62,404 bases of DNA from Endomicrobiales bacterium. GTDB lineage: Bacteria > Elusimicrobiota > Endomicrobiia > Endomicrobiales > JALOBY01. This document shows positions 1-9,709 of the stretch, one piece after another (positions within the stretch are counted from its first letter, which is position 1; every line of letters starts with the position of its first letter). The notes under the pieces were generated by a model that saw nothing but the letters and a program-made list of their open reading frames with translations, did not search any database and had not been told where the DNA came from. Made by a program: the position numbers and the translations under genes. The stretch spans positions 1 through 62,404 of the forward strand of contig CAWCNJ010000010.1 in assembly GCA_963796955.1 (NCBI GenBank), in the 5' to 3' direction.

Positions 1-1212
1 TATGAAAAAACGCGCTTGAACGAAGACAAACAGCGCAAAAAGACCGAACAATTCATTGCCCGGTTCAAAGCAAAGGCCCGGTTCGCCGCGCTTGCGGGAT
101 CGCGAATAAAGATGCTTGAAAAGCAGGAGAAAAAAGAAGAACTCTCCGAAATAAGCAACCTTGAATTTACCTTTACGAATATGAGCTTTGCCGCCGGCCA
201 GATGATGGGCGTGCATAACCTGGCGTTCGGCTACAACGGCGCCGGCCCCTTGTTCAACGATCTTTCATTCAGCGTCGGTATAGACGAACGCATCTGCATA
301 ATCGGGAAGAACGGAAAGGGAAAATCCACCCTGCTGCGCGTGCTGGCAGGCGAACTTAACGCCACGGGCGGCAATATAAAACAGCACCAGTCCCTGCAGG
401 CCGGTTACTTCGGGCAGACGAACATAATGCGCCTGAACCCGCAGCGGACCGTGTACGAAGAAATAATGTCTGCCGACACAAAATGCTCTCCGCAGCGCGC
501 AAGGAATATCGCGGGCTCCATGATGTTCTCCGACGATGCGCAGGATAAACACGTTTCCGTGCTATCCGGCGGTGAGAAAAGCCGCGTCTCGCTCGGTAAG
601 GTGCTGGTGGCCCCCTGCCATCTGTTGTTGCTGGACGAGCCTACCAATCATCTGGATATGCAGTCGTGCGACGCCTTGATGGACGCCATAGATGATTTTA
701 AGGGCTCGGTAATAATGGTAACGCATAACGAGATGCTGCTGGAAAAATGCGCCAAACGCCTGATCATATTCGACAATGACACGGTCTCCGTTTATGAAGG
801 CGGCTACCGCGATTTCCTTGACAACATCGGCTGGCGATCGGAGCATGGCGATGGGAAAAGTCCTAAAAAGGCAAAACCGGTGCACGCCATACAGCGTCAG
901 CAGATAAAAAAAGCGAAGGCCGAACTGCAGCAGGAACGGTCACGGGAGACACAGCCCTTGCAGGGGCGCATAAAAGACCTTGAGTCCACCATTGCCACAC
1001 TGGAAAAAGATCTGCACGAAACAACGGAACATTTGATAGCCGCCTCATCGGGCGGTGATGCCGCTAAAATAGCCGCCCTCTCCAGGCACTCCCATGAATT
1101 GAAGCCAAAAATAGAGATGGTTTACGCACAGCTGGACCGTACCATCAGCGAGTTCGAACTGATCTCGGCCGACTACAACAAACGGCTGGAAGCCTTGAAC
1201 TCGGAAAAATAG
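1..1212 (+). CDS. ABC-F family ATPase, 5'-truncated by window edge
   Basis: Frame open from base 1; second NBD with [28 protein letters not shown]-terminal coiled coil; no TM segments. Confidence 0.9.
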   Translation, partial: YEKTRLNEDKQRKKTEQFIARFKAKARFAALAGSRIKMLEKQEKKEELSEISNLEFTFTNMSFAAGQMMGVHNLAFGYNGAGPLFNDLSFSVGIDERICIIGKNGKGKSTLLRVLAGELNATGGNIKQHQSLQAGYFGQTNIMRLNPQRTVYEEIMSADTKCSPQRARNIAGSMMFSDDAQDKHVSVLSGGEKSRVSLGKVLVAPCHLLLLDEPTNHLDMQSCDALMDAIDDFKGSVIMVTHNEMLLEKCAKRLIIFDNDTVSVYEGGYRDFLDNIGWRSEHGDGKSPKKAKPVHAIQRQQIKKAKAELQQERSRETQPLQGRIKDLESTIATLEKDLHETTEHLIAASSGGDAAKIAALSRHSHELKPKIEMVYAQLDRTISEFELISADYNKRLEALNSEK

Positions 1213-1264
1213 CTGGTATAATAACGGCATGAGCGAATACGACAAGCGATAAGGAGAATGCCCG

Positions 1265-1693
1265 ATGACCGTTAAAATTGGAAGTAAAGTTAAAGTTGAA
1301 TATAAAGGTTTGTTGACCGACGGTACCATGTTCGATCAATCGGGTGAGGGGACGCCGATCGACTTCGTGGTCGGGGAAAAGAAGCTTATAGCCGGCTTTG
1401 AAAACGGCGTGATCGGCATGGATGAAGGCGCCTCAAGAACCCTTAACATACCGGCGGCCGAGGCGTATGGTCCCTGGGACCAGGACTTGCTGAAGAAGAT
1501 AGCGAAGAGCTCTATCCCGGCTGAATTCCAGGCGGTGAAAGGCATGACAGTGAAACTGCACCTGCCCAACGGCAGCGCGGTGCCTGCTCTGATACACGAT
1601 ATCATTGAAGAGGGCATCATTGTTGACCTTAATCACCCGCTGGCGGGTAAAGACCTGGTCTTTGAAGTTAAGGTCGTAGAGATCTGTGACTGA
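1265..1693 (+). CDS. FKBP-type peptidyl-prolyl isomerase (SlyD-like, no His-rich tail)
   Basis: Motifs IPAAEAYG and VDLNHPLAGKDLVFEVKVVEI; SD AAGGAG upstream. Confidence 0.9.
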   Translation: MTVKIGSKVKVEYKGLLTDGTMFDQSGEGTPIDFVVGEKKLIAGFENGVIGMDEGASRTLNIPAAEAYGPWDQDLLKKIAKSSIPAEFQAVKGMTVKLHLPNGSAVPALIHDIIEEGIIVDLNHPLAGKDLVFEVKVVEICD

Positions 1694-1756
1694 TACAAAG
1701 GCTGGAATAATAATGTATAATAATGAGGCTTCTTTAGGAACTGGAGGAAGGGCCGC

Positions 1757-2209
1757 ATGAGAGAATCTTTTGATAACAACCGCCGTAAGCATGTGCGCCA
1801 CGAAGCCGATATACCCATCGAAGTATGGCTGGGTGATCTGGTTGCCAATAATAAGGAATATCTTAATAACATCAGTTTCGGCGGCTTGTCCTTCCGTTCC
1901 CACTCTCAAGTTCCGGTAAAAACAATAATAAAAATACGCATACCGCTGGTCCGGCCGGTTTTTGAGGCGAATGCCGAGGTTAAATGGTGCAGGCCGAATA
2001 AGGCCGAGCAGGACATTTTTGACGTCGGCGTTGAATTCGTCAGCGCCGCGACAGATAGAGATAAATTCCGCATCCGCATGCTTGAGCAGATCTGCCATAT
2101 TGAAACATATAAGCACGAGGTAAAGGAAGCCCAGGGGCGCTGTCTGAGCGGTGAAGAAGCGGCGCTTGAATGGATCAATAAATTCGCGGATAAATTCCCC
2201 AGGGAATAA
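1757..2209 (+). CDS. PilZ-domain protein
   Basis: RRKHVR (RxxxR) and NISFGG (D/NxSxxG) c-di-GMP-binding motifs. Confidence 0.85.
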   Translation: MRESFDNNRRKHVRHEADIPIEVWLGDLVANNKEYLNNISFGGLSFRSHSQVPVKTIIKIRIPLVRPVFEANAEVKWCRPNKAEQDIFDVGVEFVSAATDRDKFRIRMLEQICHIETYKHEVKEAQGRCLSGEEAALEWINKFADKFPRE

Positions 2210-2213
2210 TAAC

Positions 2214-2588
2214 GTGGCTGAAAGAATTTTGATCATCGACGACGATCCGGTATTAAGCGAAACCACGGGCGATGCCCTGGAGATGAACGGCTATCAGGTG
2301 CTGCGGGCCTTTGACGGCGAGACCGGGCTTAAAGTGGCGGCAAAAGAGCGCCCCGACCTGATACTGCTGGATGTCACGATGCCGGACCTGGACGGCTTTC
2401 AGGTCTGCGGTCTTATCAGAATAAATCCTGATATCATGAAGACCCCGATCATAATGCTCACCGGAAGGGATAAGGGCGAGGACCTGGAAACAGCGCTGGA
2501 ACGCAAAGCGAACTGGTATATCACCAAGCCGTACGATATGAACTATTTATTGAAACAGATCAAAAAGTTTTTGCAGCCGACTTCCTGA
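2214..2588 (+). CDS. Single-domain response regulator
   Basis: GTG start at 2214; ILIIDDD, LLDVTMP, IIMLTG, YITKPY receiver motifs. Confidence 0.9.
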   Translation: MAERILIIDDDPVLSETTGDALEMNGYQVLRAFDGETGLKVAAKERPDLILLDVTMPDLDGFQVCGLIRINPDIMKTPIIMLTGRDKGEDLETALERKANWYITKPYDMNYLLKQIKKFLQPTS

Positions 2589-2605
2589 AAACTGAACGGT
2601 GGGGC

Positions 2606-4342
2606 ATGGAACATACAAAGCCGCTTCCTGATTTCGCCAAATTCTCATTCATAAAAGGCAAACCCTCCTCATCCGGATACGCGTACGCCCGACCGTACGT
2701 TGCCACCGCCGACACTACCTTCTCGCAAATAGAACAACGCGATTTTCCGCATCAATACACTTTGCATGATTTTCACCGGGCATTGGAAAGCACCCGTAAA
2801 CAGCTGAGGTCTCTGCATACCGAGGTGGAAGAACGCCTCAGCGACGCCGCCTCGCTTATTTTTACCGCCCACCTTTTAATGCTTGACGATCATAGTTTTA
2901 TATCCGGCATGGAAACAAGCATACAAAGCGGAGAAAACCCGCCGAAAGCGGTGATCAGGGCCGGCCGCTCGTATATGGACAAATTCGCCGCGAGCGCCGA
3001 TCCTTATATCCGCGAGAAAGCGCACGATGTGGCGGATCTTGTCGTGCGTACCGTGCGCAATATGATCAGCCGCGAAGAAACCGTCCCTCAGGCAGAGCAC
3101 TGTATTGTCATCACCCGGGAAATATTCCCTTCCGATATACTGCGCTATTCCTCGGAGCATGCCGCCGGTATCATTCAGATCGGCGGCGGTGTTACCAGTC
3201 ATGTATCGATCCTCGCCCGGTCACTGACCATTCCAATGGTGATAGCGAACGAACCTTCCCTGCTTGCCATCAGCGCCGATGCCAGGATATTGCTTGATGC
3301 CGAGCTTGGCAACATCTACGTCGATCCGGGAAAGGATATTTTAAAGCAATTCCCCGACAAGCCCTGGCTCGGCAAAAGCCGGAAAATACCGGTGCTTTCA
3401 TCCGGCACCGCTACCGCCGACGGCAAACGCGTACAGCTGCTGGCGAACATTAACCTTATCCGCGATGTTAAAAACGCTTTTGATATGAACTGCGACGGCA
3501 TCGGCTTATACCGCAGCGAATTCCCTTTTATTATCCGCCGCGATTTTCCTTTGGAAGAGGAACAATACATTGTATACCGCAAACTGGTGGAGGGTATGCC
3601 GGGTCGCGAAATAACCTTCCGCACGCTGGATGTCGGCGGTGATAAGGTGCTGCCCTATTCCAACGATCCCAAAGAGAGCAATCCTTTTCTGGGTCTGCGT
3701 TCCATACGTTTCTCACTCGCCAACCTGCCGATATTCCGCCAGCAGTTGCTCGCCGTATTGCGGGCGGGCCATGGCGCGGACCTGAAAATAATGTTCCCAA
3801 TGATCTCTTCCGTCGACGAATTGCTGAAGGCGCGCCAGATACTGGATGAGTGCATTGTTGCGTTACGGGAGCGCAAGGTCCGGTTCAACGAAACGCCTAA
3901 GATAGGGATGATGGTAGAGATTCCCTCGGTGATAAATATCATCGATCACTTCATTCCTCATGTTGATTTCATGTCTATAGGCACGAACGATCTGGTGCAA
4001 TATTATCTTGCCGTAGACCGGGCTAACGACAAAGTGGCGGACTATTATGTGCCGCACCATCCGGCGGTGCTCAACGCGCTGAACACCGTGGCCGAAGCCG
4101 CGGTAAAACATCATACAGAGCTTTCGGTGTGCGGCGACATGGCGAACAGCGATAAATATTTGACGTTCCTCATCGGCATAGGTATACGCCGTTTCAGCAT
4201 GGACAGCATCTATCTGCCGCGCGCGCAAAAACAGATCGCCTCCATCAGCGCCCTTAAGGCCAGAAAGTTCGCGGCTAAACTGCTTATGGCCGGCACGATA
4301 AGCGAAGTTGAGTCGTATTTCAATAATGAAACAAAAAGCTAA
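2606..4342 (+). CDS. Phosphoenolpyruvate-protein phosphotransferase (PTS enzyme I, PtsI/PtsP family; no GAF domain)
   Basis: GGVTSH phospho-His, GIGLYRSEF, RTLDVGGDK, NPFLGLR, SIGTNDL, CGDMA. Confidence 0.92.
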   Translation: MEHTKPLPDFAKFSFIKGKPSSSGYAYARPYVATADTTFSQIEQRDFPHQYTLHDFHRALESTRKQLRSLHTEVEERLSDAASLIFTAHLLMLDDHSFISGMETSIQSGENPPKAVIRAGRSYMDKFAASADPYIREKAHDVADLVVRTVRNMISREETVPQAEHCIVITREIFPSDILRYSSEHAAGIIQIGGGVTSHVSILARSLTIPMVIANEPSLLAISADARILLDAELGNIYVDPGKDILKQFPDKPWLGKSRKIPVLSSGTATADGKRVQLLANINLIRDVKNAFDMNCDGIGLYRSEFPFIIRRDFPLEEEQYIVYRKLVEGMPGREITFRTLDVGGDKVLPYSNDPKESNPFLGLRSIRFSLANLPIFRQQLLAVLRAGHGADLKIMFPMISSVDELLKARQILDECIVALRERKVRFNETPKIGMMVEIPSVINIIDHFIPHVDFMSIGTNDLVQYYLAVDRANDKVADYYVPHHPAVLNALNTVAEAAVKHHTELSVCGDMANSDKYLTFLIGIGIRRFSMDSIYLPRAQKQIASISALKARKFAAKLLMAGTISEVESYFNNETKS

Positions 4343-5012
4343 GCCTCATCATATCGGGCACCGGGACAGGCTGAAGGAACGGTTCAAAAAAACCGGGTTT
4401 TCCGGTTGGGCCGACTATGAAGTACTTGAACTTCTTTTGTTCTACTCCCGTCAGCGGGGCGATACGAAAAAGATCGCCAAAGACCTTTTAAATAAATTTG
4501 GGACGTTTCAGGGTGTGTTGAACGCGCCGCCGGCTCGTTTAGGCGAGATACCGGGCGTAAAAGAGCACACGGCGTTGCTGCTTAATATTGCTAAAGAGGT
4601 GGCCTGCCGGTATGCCGCGCAGCCGCTGAAGGAGAAGGACCTGTTGTCTTCACCGCGGGCGGTCGTGGAATACCTGCGTGCGTATTTTAAAGTTTCGCCC
4701 GACGAAGAAGTGCGTGCCCTGTTCCTGAACGGCGCGAACAAGCTTATTGAAATAGAAACACTGCAGCACGGCACCGTCGACCGGGCGGCGGTCTATCCCC
4801 GGCAGATGGTGGAACGGGCGCTGCATCATAAAGCGGCCCGGGTGATCGTTTCTCATAACCACCCGGCGGGTACGCTGGATCCTTCGACAGATGACACATT
4901 GGTCACGCAATTGCTGAAAAAAGCCCTGCAAACGGTAGAGATAGAACTGGTGGACCATATCATAATCGCCGGGGATGGATATTACAGCTTCAAGGAATGC
5001 GGCCAGTTGTAG
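4326..5012 (+). CDS. radC: RadC / JAB-domain protein
   Basis: GHRDRLK N-terminus, HNHPAG and DHIII JAB motifs. Confidence 0.92.
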   Translation: MKQKAKPHHIGHRDRLKERFKKTGFSGWADYEVLELLLFYSRQRGDTKKIAKDLLNKFGTFQGVLNAPPARLGEIPGVKEHTALLLNIAKEVACRYAAQPLKEKDLLSSPRAVVEYLRAYFKVSPDEEVRALFLNGANKLIEIETLQHGTVDRAAVYPRQMVERALHHKAARVIVSHNHPAGTLDPSTDDTLVTQLLKKALQTVEIELVDHIIIAGDGYYSFKECGQL

Positions 5013-5032
5013 CAACGCAGTTTATGGAGAAA

Positions 5033-6028
5033 ATGTCTATGGATCAACAAGAGCTGGAGATCAACGCAGAAGCCGCGCAGAAACAAGAATTGACCGCAGG
5101 CCTCAGGAAATATTTCCTTCTGACCACGATCGTTGCAGCCGGAATATTCATCGGTTTTAAACTGGTGCACTGGCATCCCTCCGCTCTGGTGCCGTCTGTA
5201 AACACGCCTGCGCCCGCGCCTGCGGTGCCTGTAGACCTCATAATAAATCTCGATGCCAGGCTGGCCTACCTGCAGTCCCGCGTATCAGGAACCGGGTTTT
5301 TTATACACACCGTTGGGAAAAGGGAAAATCTGTGGGGTCTTTCAAAAAGAAGGCACTATTCGGTGCACAGTATTATCGGGTGTAACCCGCAGCTGGAAAC
5401 CTATAATGTCAGTATCGGCCAAAAAATAGTAATACCGTCCAGGCCGGGCACCCTGCACGTTGCGCGCAAAGGCGATACCCTGGCAATGCTGGCCGGAAAA
5501 TATAGGATCCCTGCCGACACGATCTTAAAGTACAACCCTCTGGGCGGCCGTATTTCCGCCGGAGATATGCTCTTCATCCCGGACCGGCGGCCGCTTATGG
5601 AATATATGAATGATGAGATGCGGGAGAAATATGAGCTGCGCGCACTTTTTGTTTCGCCTCTCGGCGGCAGGCTTTCCAGCACCTTCGGCATGAGGAAGCA
5701 TCCGGTAACCGGAACGGTGAGCATGCACGGCGGCATTGATATTGCTGTGCCGTCCGGAACGTGGGTTGGCGCGGCCGCCGACGGCGTTGTTATAGTCGCC
5801 GCGACCGATGTGGGCCACTACGGCACCGCTGTCTTCATAGATCATCAGGACGGCTATATCACACACTACGGCCATCTGTCGAAGATCATGGTGCATGTCG
5901 GCCAGCATGTGAAAGCGCACCAGCTGATAGCAAAAAGTGGGGCGACCGGCCGCGTAACAGGGCCGCACCTGCATTTCACGATCAAGAAAGACGGTGTAGC
6001 CAAAGACCCTCTGAAATTTATCTGGTAA
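5033..6028 (+). CDS. Membrane-anchored LysM + M23 peptidase
   Basis: N-terminal TM helix, two LysM-like repeats, HGGID, YGHLS, GPHLHF; start uncertain (5024/5033/5039). Confidence 0.88.
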   Translation: MSMDQQELEINAEAAQKQELTAGLRKYFLLTTIVAAGIFIGFKLVHWHPSALVPSVNTPAPAPAVPVDLIINLDARLAYLQSRVSGTGFFIHTVGKRENLWGLSKRRHYSVHSIIGCNPQLETYNVSIGQKIVIPSRPGTLHVARKGDTLAMLAGKYRIPADTILKYNPLGGRISAGDMLFIPDRRPLMEYMNDEMREKYELRALFVSPLGGRLSSTFGMRKHPVTGTVSMHGGIDIAVPSGTWVGAAADGVVIVAATDVGHYGTAVFIDHQDGYITHYGHLSKIMVHVGQHVKAHQLIAKSGATGRVTGPHLHFTIKKDGVAKDPLKFIW

Positions 6029-6040
6029 AAGGAGCCCAAA

Positions 6041-6175
6041 ATGAAGATGACATTGTTGTTAACGGTTTTTGCTGCTATGCTGTTAAGCGCCTGCGCCTGC
6101 TGTAAAACGATGGATAGTGAAAAGATCAAGAGCGACGCCCATAAGTCTTTTAACAGTATGGATAACCCAAAATAA
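6041..6175 (+). CDS. Small lipoprotein, 44 aa (absent from the ORF track)
   Basis: SD AAGGAG; MKMTLLLTVFAAMLLSA-C lipobox; fills the gap between flanking genes. Confidence 0.7.
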   Translation: MKMTLLLTVFAAMLLSACACCKTMDSEKIKSDAHKSFNSMDNPK

Positions 6176-6177
6176 AT

Positions 6178-7083
6178 ATGGCTGCTTCTTTAAACGATCT
6201 TAAAAGGTTTGAATACACCGATATCCTGGGCTGGTCTGTTTCCCGGTATGATAAATTCTCTGCCTGCGCACGGCAATACTTTTATGATTACTATGCCAAG
6301 CATGATCTGGAATTTCCCCGAGAAAAGATAAATAAACTCAAGGCTATGACCTCTGTCGCATTGGAAGCCGGTAATGTAGTGCACGACAGTGTAAAAGTGC
6401 TTCTTGAGCGCCTGCTTAAGTCGGATAAGCCCATCGATACCGGGCGGTTCATTGATTACGCCCGTAAAATGGCTGAACAGTATTGCACGGCAAAGACATT
6501 CTCGGAAGTGTATTACGGCGCCAGACAGAGCGTGAGCGCGAATGATATCTTTCCGGCTGTCGAGCTGAGCCTTAAGAACCTGCTTGACAGCGGGCGGTTC
6601 AAATGGATAAAAGAAAAAGCATTGCTGAATAAAGACGGCTGGGTAATAGAGCCGCCGGGTTACGGCGAAACGCGGATATCCGGGATGAAGGCGTATTGTA
6701 AGGTGGACTTCCTTTTTCCGGTCGACGGCACGCTGTGCATCCTGGACTGGAAGACGGGGAAAAAGGATGAGGAAAAACATTCAAAGCAATTGCTTGGCTA
6801 CGCCACCTGGGCCAGCTATCATTTCGACGTAGAACCCGCAAAGATAAAACCTTCAATAGTATATTTACAGCCGGTTTACAGCGAACTGGAAAAAAGCTTC
6901 AGCATGGCCGCTACCCGCGATTTTATCAACCAGGTAAAAGCTGAGACGGAAGAACTGTACTGCATGTGCAGAGACATTCAAAAAAACCTGCCGAAAGATA
7001 AATCCGAATTTAAACAAACTGAAAATAAATTTGCTTGCAAGTACTGCAATTATCGCGAGCTATGCGATAAAAGGGAAATTTAA
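6178..7083 (+). CDS. PD-(D/E)XK nuclease, RecB/AddB/Cas4-like with probable 4Fe-4S staple
   Basis: WSVSRYDKFSAC, KVDF..ILDWKTG, QLLGY, C-terminal CKYCNYRELC. Confidence 0.8.
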   Translation: MAASLNDLKRFEYTDILGWSVSRYDKFSACARQYFYDYYAKHDLEFPREKINKLKAMTSVALEAGNVVHDSVKVLLERLLKSDKPIDTGRFIDYARKMAEQYCTAKTFSEVYYGARQSVSANDIFPAVELSLKNLLDSGRFKWIKEKALLNKDGWVIEPPGYGETRISGMKAYCKVDFLFPVDGTLCILDWKTGKKDEEKHSKQLLGYATWASYHFDVEPAKIKPSIVYLQPVYSELEKSFSMAATRDFINQVKAETEELYCMCRDIQKNLPKDKSEFKQTENKFACKYCNYRELCDKREI

Positions 7084-7850
7084 TGAAAAAACTTGTCGTG
7101 TTTTTCTTGATATTATGCGCTTTCACAACTACTGCAATTGCTGCCCAGCAATATTTTAACGACCGTAAGGCTCTGGCTTTTATGGCCAAGTACGGGACAA
7201 AAGGGCCGGATCCTATCGCGAAGATATACCTGTATGAGCTTGAAACTGACACGTACACTAGAGCTCAGGGTGATGAATTTGAGATGAAGTCAAGGTTGAA
7301 CGAAGCAAAACAGGCGATGCAAAATGAAATTTTAGACCCGAACGAAGTGTTTTACATCGCCTCATCTGAAAATCTGGGGCCGTATGATTTCGACGCTAAA
7401 ACCTTCGAGCTCAAGCCTATGACAAAGAACACCTTTTTTAAACTGATGTCGTATTCTCCGGACCAGTCGGGCCCCAAGAGCAAGGGCATTAGCATTAACT
7501 TCGCCAACCCGGGTATCGTTACTAATTTGCCCATGGCACAGGACCGGGCGAATGATTTCATCAAGGCCAGAAAAGACGAGGCCGGTAATGTCAACCGAAA
7601 GGTCTTTTTAAAGATATTATTCAACGTAACGGGTGTTATGCCGAACAAGGATGATGTGCTTACCGGTACTATCATATCCGTAGAAGTATATGAAGATTCC
7701 GCTGCAAGCAAACTGTTGTATGTATACGGCGAGAAAGTAGTGACGAACGCGCAGAAAGCGGCCCTGGACCTTGAGACATTCATAAACAACCATACCATGC
7801 CGGCCGCGATGCAAAACGAGCTTTGGACTATTATTGAAAAATACAAATAG
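7083..7850 (+). CDS. Exported hypothetical protein (DUF4852-like)
   Basis: Signal peptide; DEFE and LGPYDFDAKTF motifs. Confidence 0.55.
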   Translation: MKKLVVFFLILCAFTTTAIAAQQYFNDRKALAFMAKYGTKGPDPIAKIYLYELETDTYTRAQGDEFEMKSRLNEAKQAMQNEILDPNEVFYIASSENLGPYDFDAKTFELKPMTKNTFFKLMSYSPDQSGPKSKGISINFANPGIVTNLPMAQDRANDFIKARKDEAGNVNRKVFLKILFNVTGVMPNKDDVLTGTIISVEVYEDSAASKLLYVYGEKVVTNAQKAALDLETFINNHTMPAAMQNELWTIIEKYK

Positions 7851-7876
7851 CATGCAGAAAATAAATGGAGGACACA

Positions 7877-9208
7877 ATGCGTAGAATGCCGATGGTAGTA
7901 GCGATGATAGTGATCACGGCGGCGCAGGCGTTCGCGGGCGGTCTTATAGCGGAACCCGGAGGTAAAGCTGATGCGATGGGCGGAGCCTATATTGGTATAG
8001 CCGATGATCTCTCGGCCATTTACTGGAACCCGGCAGGCCTTGCCCAGATAAAGAAAAAAGGCATACAGTTGGACACTAACTACGCAATGATGACCGCGAA
8101 AAGCAACGGTTCTATCGGCAACACCCTGGTGCCCGGGCGAGGAGACTTCCCGCTGTCGCAGGTTAACCTGCTTCGCGAACCTGCTTCGTATACCAGTAAT
8201 AAAATGGAGATATATTCACTCCTGCCTTTGGGCGGCGGTTACGCGCCCTGTAAGGACTATACCATAGCCGCAGGGGCTTATGTGTCCGGCGGCGGCGTAG
8301 CCAAGTGGAAAGATTCAGTGAAAGACATAACAGGACAGGATACTATAAACGCTTCGATCGACGGATATTCGGCCTTCCTTATCTATAACGTTTCGCTGGC
8401 CCGCGAGGTTGTACCGGGGTTCGCTCTCGGGGTAGGTTTAGATGCCGTCCAGATCATACAGAACAATATTGTGAAGAAGGATTACATCAATGGCGCAGGT
8501 TCAACGAATCCGCTGCCCGGCTATTCCTGGAAAATGGAACAGAGCGATTCAGGTGTGGGTTTTCAGGGAAATCTGGGAGCCCAGTACGCCTTGAACGAAA
8601 AACTTAAATTTGGCGCTGTCTGGCGGAGCGGCGCGAAGGTCAGGTTGAACGGTTCTGTCGCCTCTACAACGGATGGCGTCGACGCTATCTTTGCCGCCGA
8701 ATCTATGCCGGCGGGTCAGACTAATGTAAGAGCTGATGTACAAACTGAATATGTTTACCCGATGTCCTATGGGGCGGGCCTCGCGTATCAACCGACCAAT
8801 AAGCTGTTGCTTGGTTTTGGCCTCGACAGCGTTAATTATTATTCCCTGCGCGACGAGAGCAGATATAGCGCTCAGAGCGTATTTTTTCACGATACGAACA
8901 AGGGCCTGGACTGGCATGATACGGTAAAGGTTCATATCGGCGCGCAGTATCGCGTTGACGATAAACTTGTGCTTATGGCGGGCGCTGAAGACGACCCGTG
9001 CCCTTTTACGCGGACCTCTCTAACCTTGCTTGATGTCAATCAATATGATGCGTATACCTACAGCGTTGGCGCAGCGTACAATCTCTGGGATAATATTGAG
9101 TTCGGCGGCGGATTTCATTACACCGTGACCGATAAACCGCAAATGCAGGGGCAATCCTATGAGGTGCCGATAATTGCCATCCAGATCGGCGCCAGCTATA
9201 GAATGTAA
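7877..9208 (+). CDS. OmpP1/FadL/TodX family outer-membrane transporter
   Basis: Signal peptide; AMGGAYIGIADDLSAIYWNPAGL hatch motif; beta-strand pattern; SD GGAGG before ATG 7877. Confidence 0.85.
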   Translation: MRRMPMVVAMIVITAAQAFAGGLIAEPGGKADAMGGAYIGIADDLSAIYWNPAGLAQIKKKGIQLDTNYAMMTAKSNGSIGNTLVPGRGDFPLSQVNLLREPASYTSNKMEIYSLLPLGGGYAPCKDYTIAAGAYVSGGGVAKWKDSVKDITGQDTINASIDGYSAFLIYNVSLAREVVPGFALGVGLDAVQIIQNNIVKKDYINGAGSTNPLPGYSWKMEQSDSGVGFQGNLGAQYALNEKLKFGAVWRSGAKVRLNGSVASTTDGVDAIFAAESMPAGQTNVRADVQTEYVYPMSYGAGLAYQPTNKLLLGFGLDSVNYYSLRDESRYSAQSVFFHDTNKGLDWHDTVKVHIGAQYRVDDKLVLMAGAEDDPCPFTRTSLTLLDVNQYDAYTYSVGAAYNLWDNIEFGGGFHYTVTDKPQMQGQSYEVPIIAIQIGASYRM

Positions 9209-9307
9209 GTTAAAATTAGAAAATTGAAAATTTTGAAAATTACTGTGCAATGTGGAGCTGTATTGAATTAACACTAATTAGTTAATTTTCATAATTTTAA
9301 TTTTTAA
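9208..9307. repeat. AT-rich imperfect inverted repeat made of GAAAATT-like units
   Basis: Left arm TTAGAAAATTGAAAATTTTGAAAATTAC versus right arm GTTAATTTTCATAATTTTAATTTTTAA. Confidence 0.55.
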
Positions 9308-9317
9308 TGGAGTTATC

Positions 9318-9707
9318 ATGGACGAGCAGAGACAAAGAACGATCTTGGTTGCGGATGACGACCCTGATAGCGTCGTCATTATAACCTTGCGCCTGGAGTT
9401 GGGGGATTACCACGTTATCACGGCAAAAGACGGCGAAGAATGTTTGTCTCTTTTGGAAAGCGAACAGCCCGACCTGCTTTTATTGGACGTTATGATGCCG
9501 AAACTTAACGGTTACGGCGTTCTATTGAAACTCGCCGACCTGCGCCAGACTTTTCCGAAACTCGAAAAAATGCCGGTGGTGGTCTTTACCGCTTCCCATG
9601 ACGCAAATGTGCGGAACATGATGCAAAAATATCAGATCACCGACTATATCACGAAACCTTTTAACCCAAAAGACCTGATGGCCAAGATCAGTTCAGCATT
9701 AAAGTAA
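9318..9707 (+). CDS. Single-domain response regulator
   Basis: ILVADDD, LLDVMMP, YITKPF. Confidence 0.9.
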   Translation: MDEQRQRTILVADDDPDSVVIITLRLELGDYHVITAKDGEECLSLLESEQPDLLLLDVMMPKLNGYGVLLKLADLRQTFPKLEKMPVVVFTASHDANVRNMMQKYQITDYITKPFNPKDLMAKISSALK

Positions 9708-9709
9708 CC

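Noticed and set aside
2151..2213. Frameshifted PilZ-receiver fusion
   Set aside because: PilZ ends cleanly at 2209 and a GTG at 2214 starts a complete receiver domain
1433..2266. Long antisense ORFs (also 20616-21338, 42027-42761, 52605-53363, 54746-55528)
   Set aside because: Shadows of well-supported + strand genes with no recognisable motifs
6178..7083. Cas4 / CRISPR-Cas locus
   Set aside because: Cas4-like Cys pattern, but no other cas genes or repeat-spacer array in the window; treated as a stand-alone nuclease
9209..9709. DUF1646-associated sodium riboswitch
   Set aside because: The DUF1646 gene starts 2 nt after the upstream receiver gene, and no recognisable aptamer lies in the AT-rich gap further upstream
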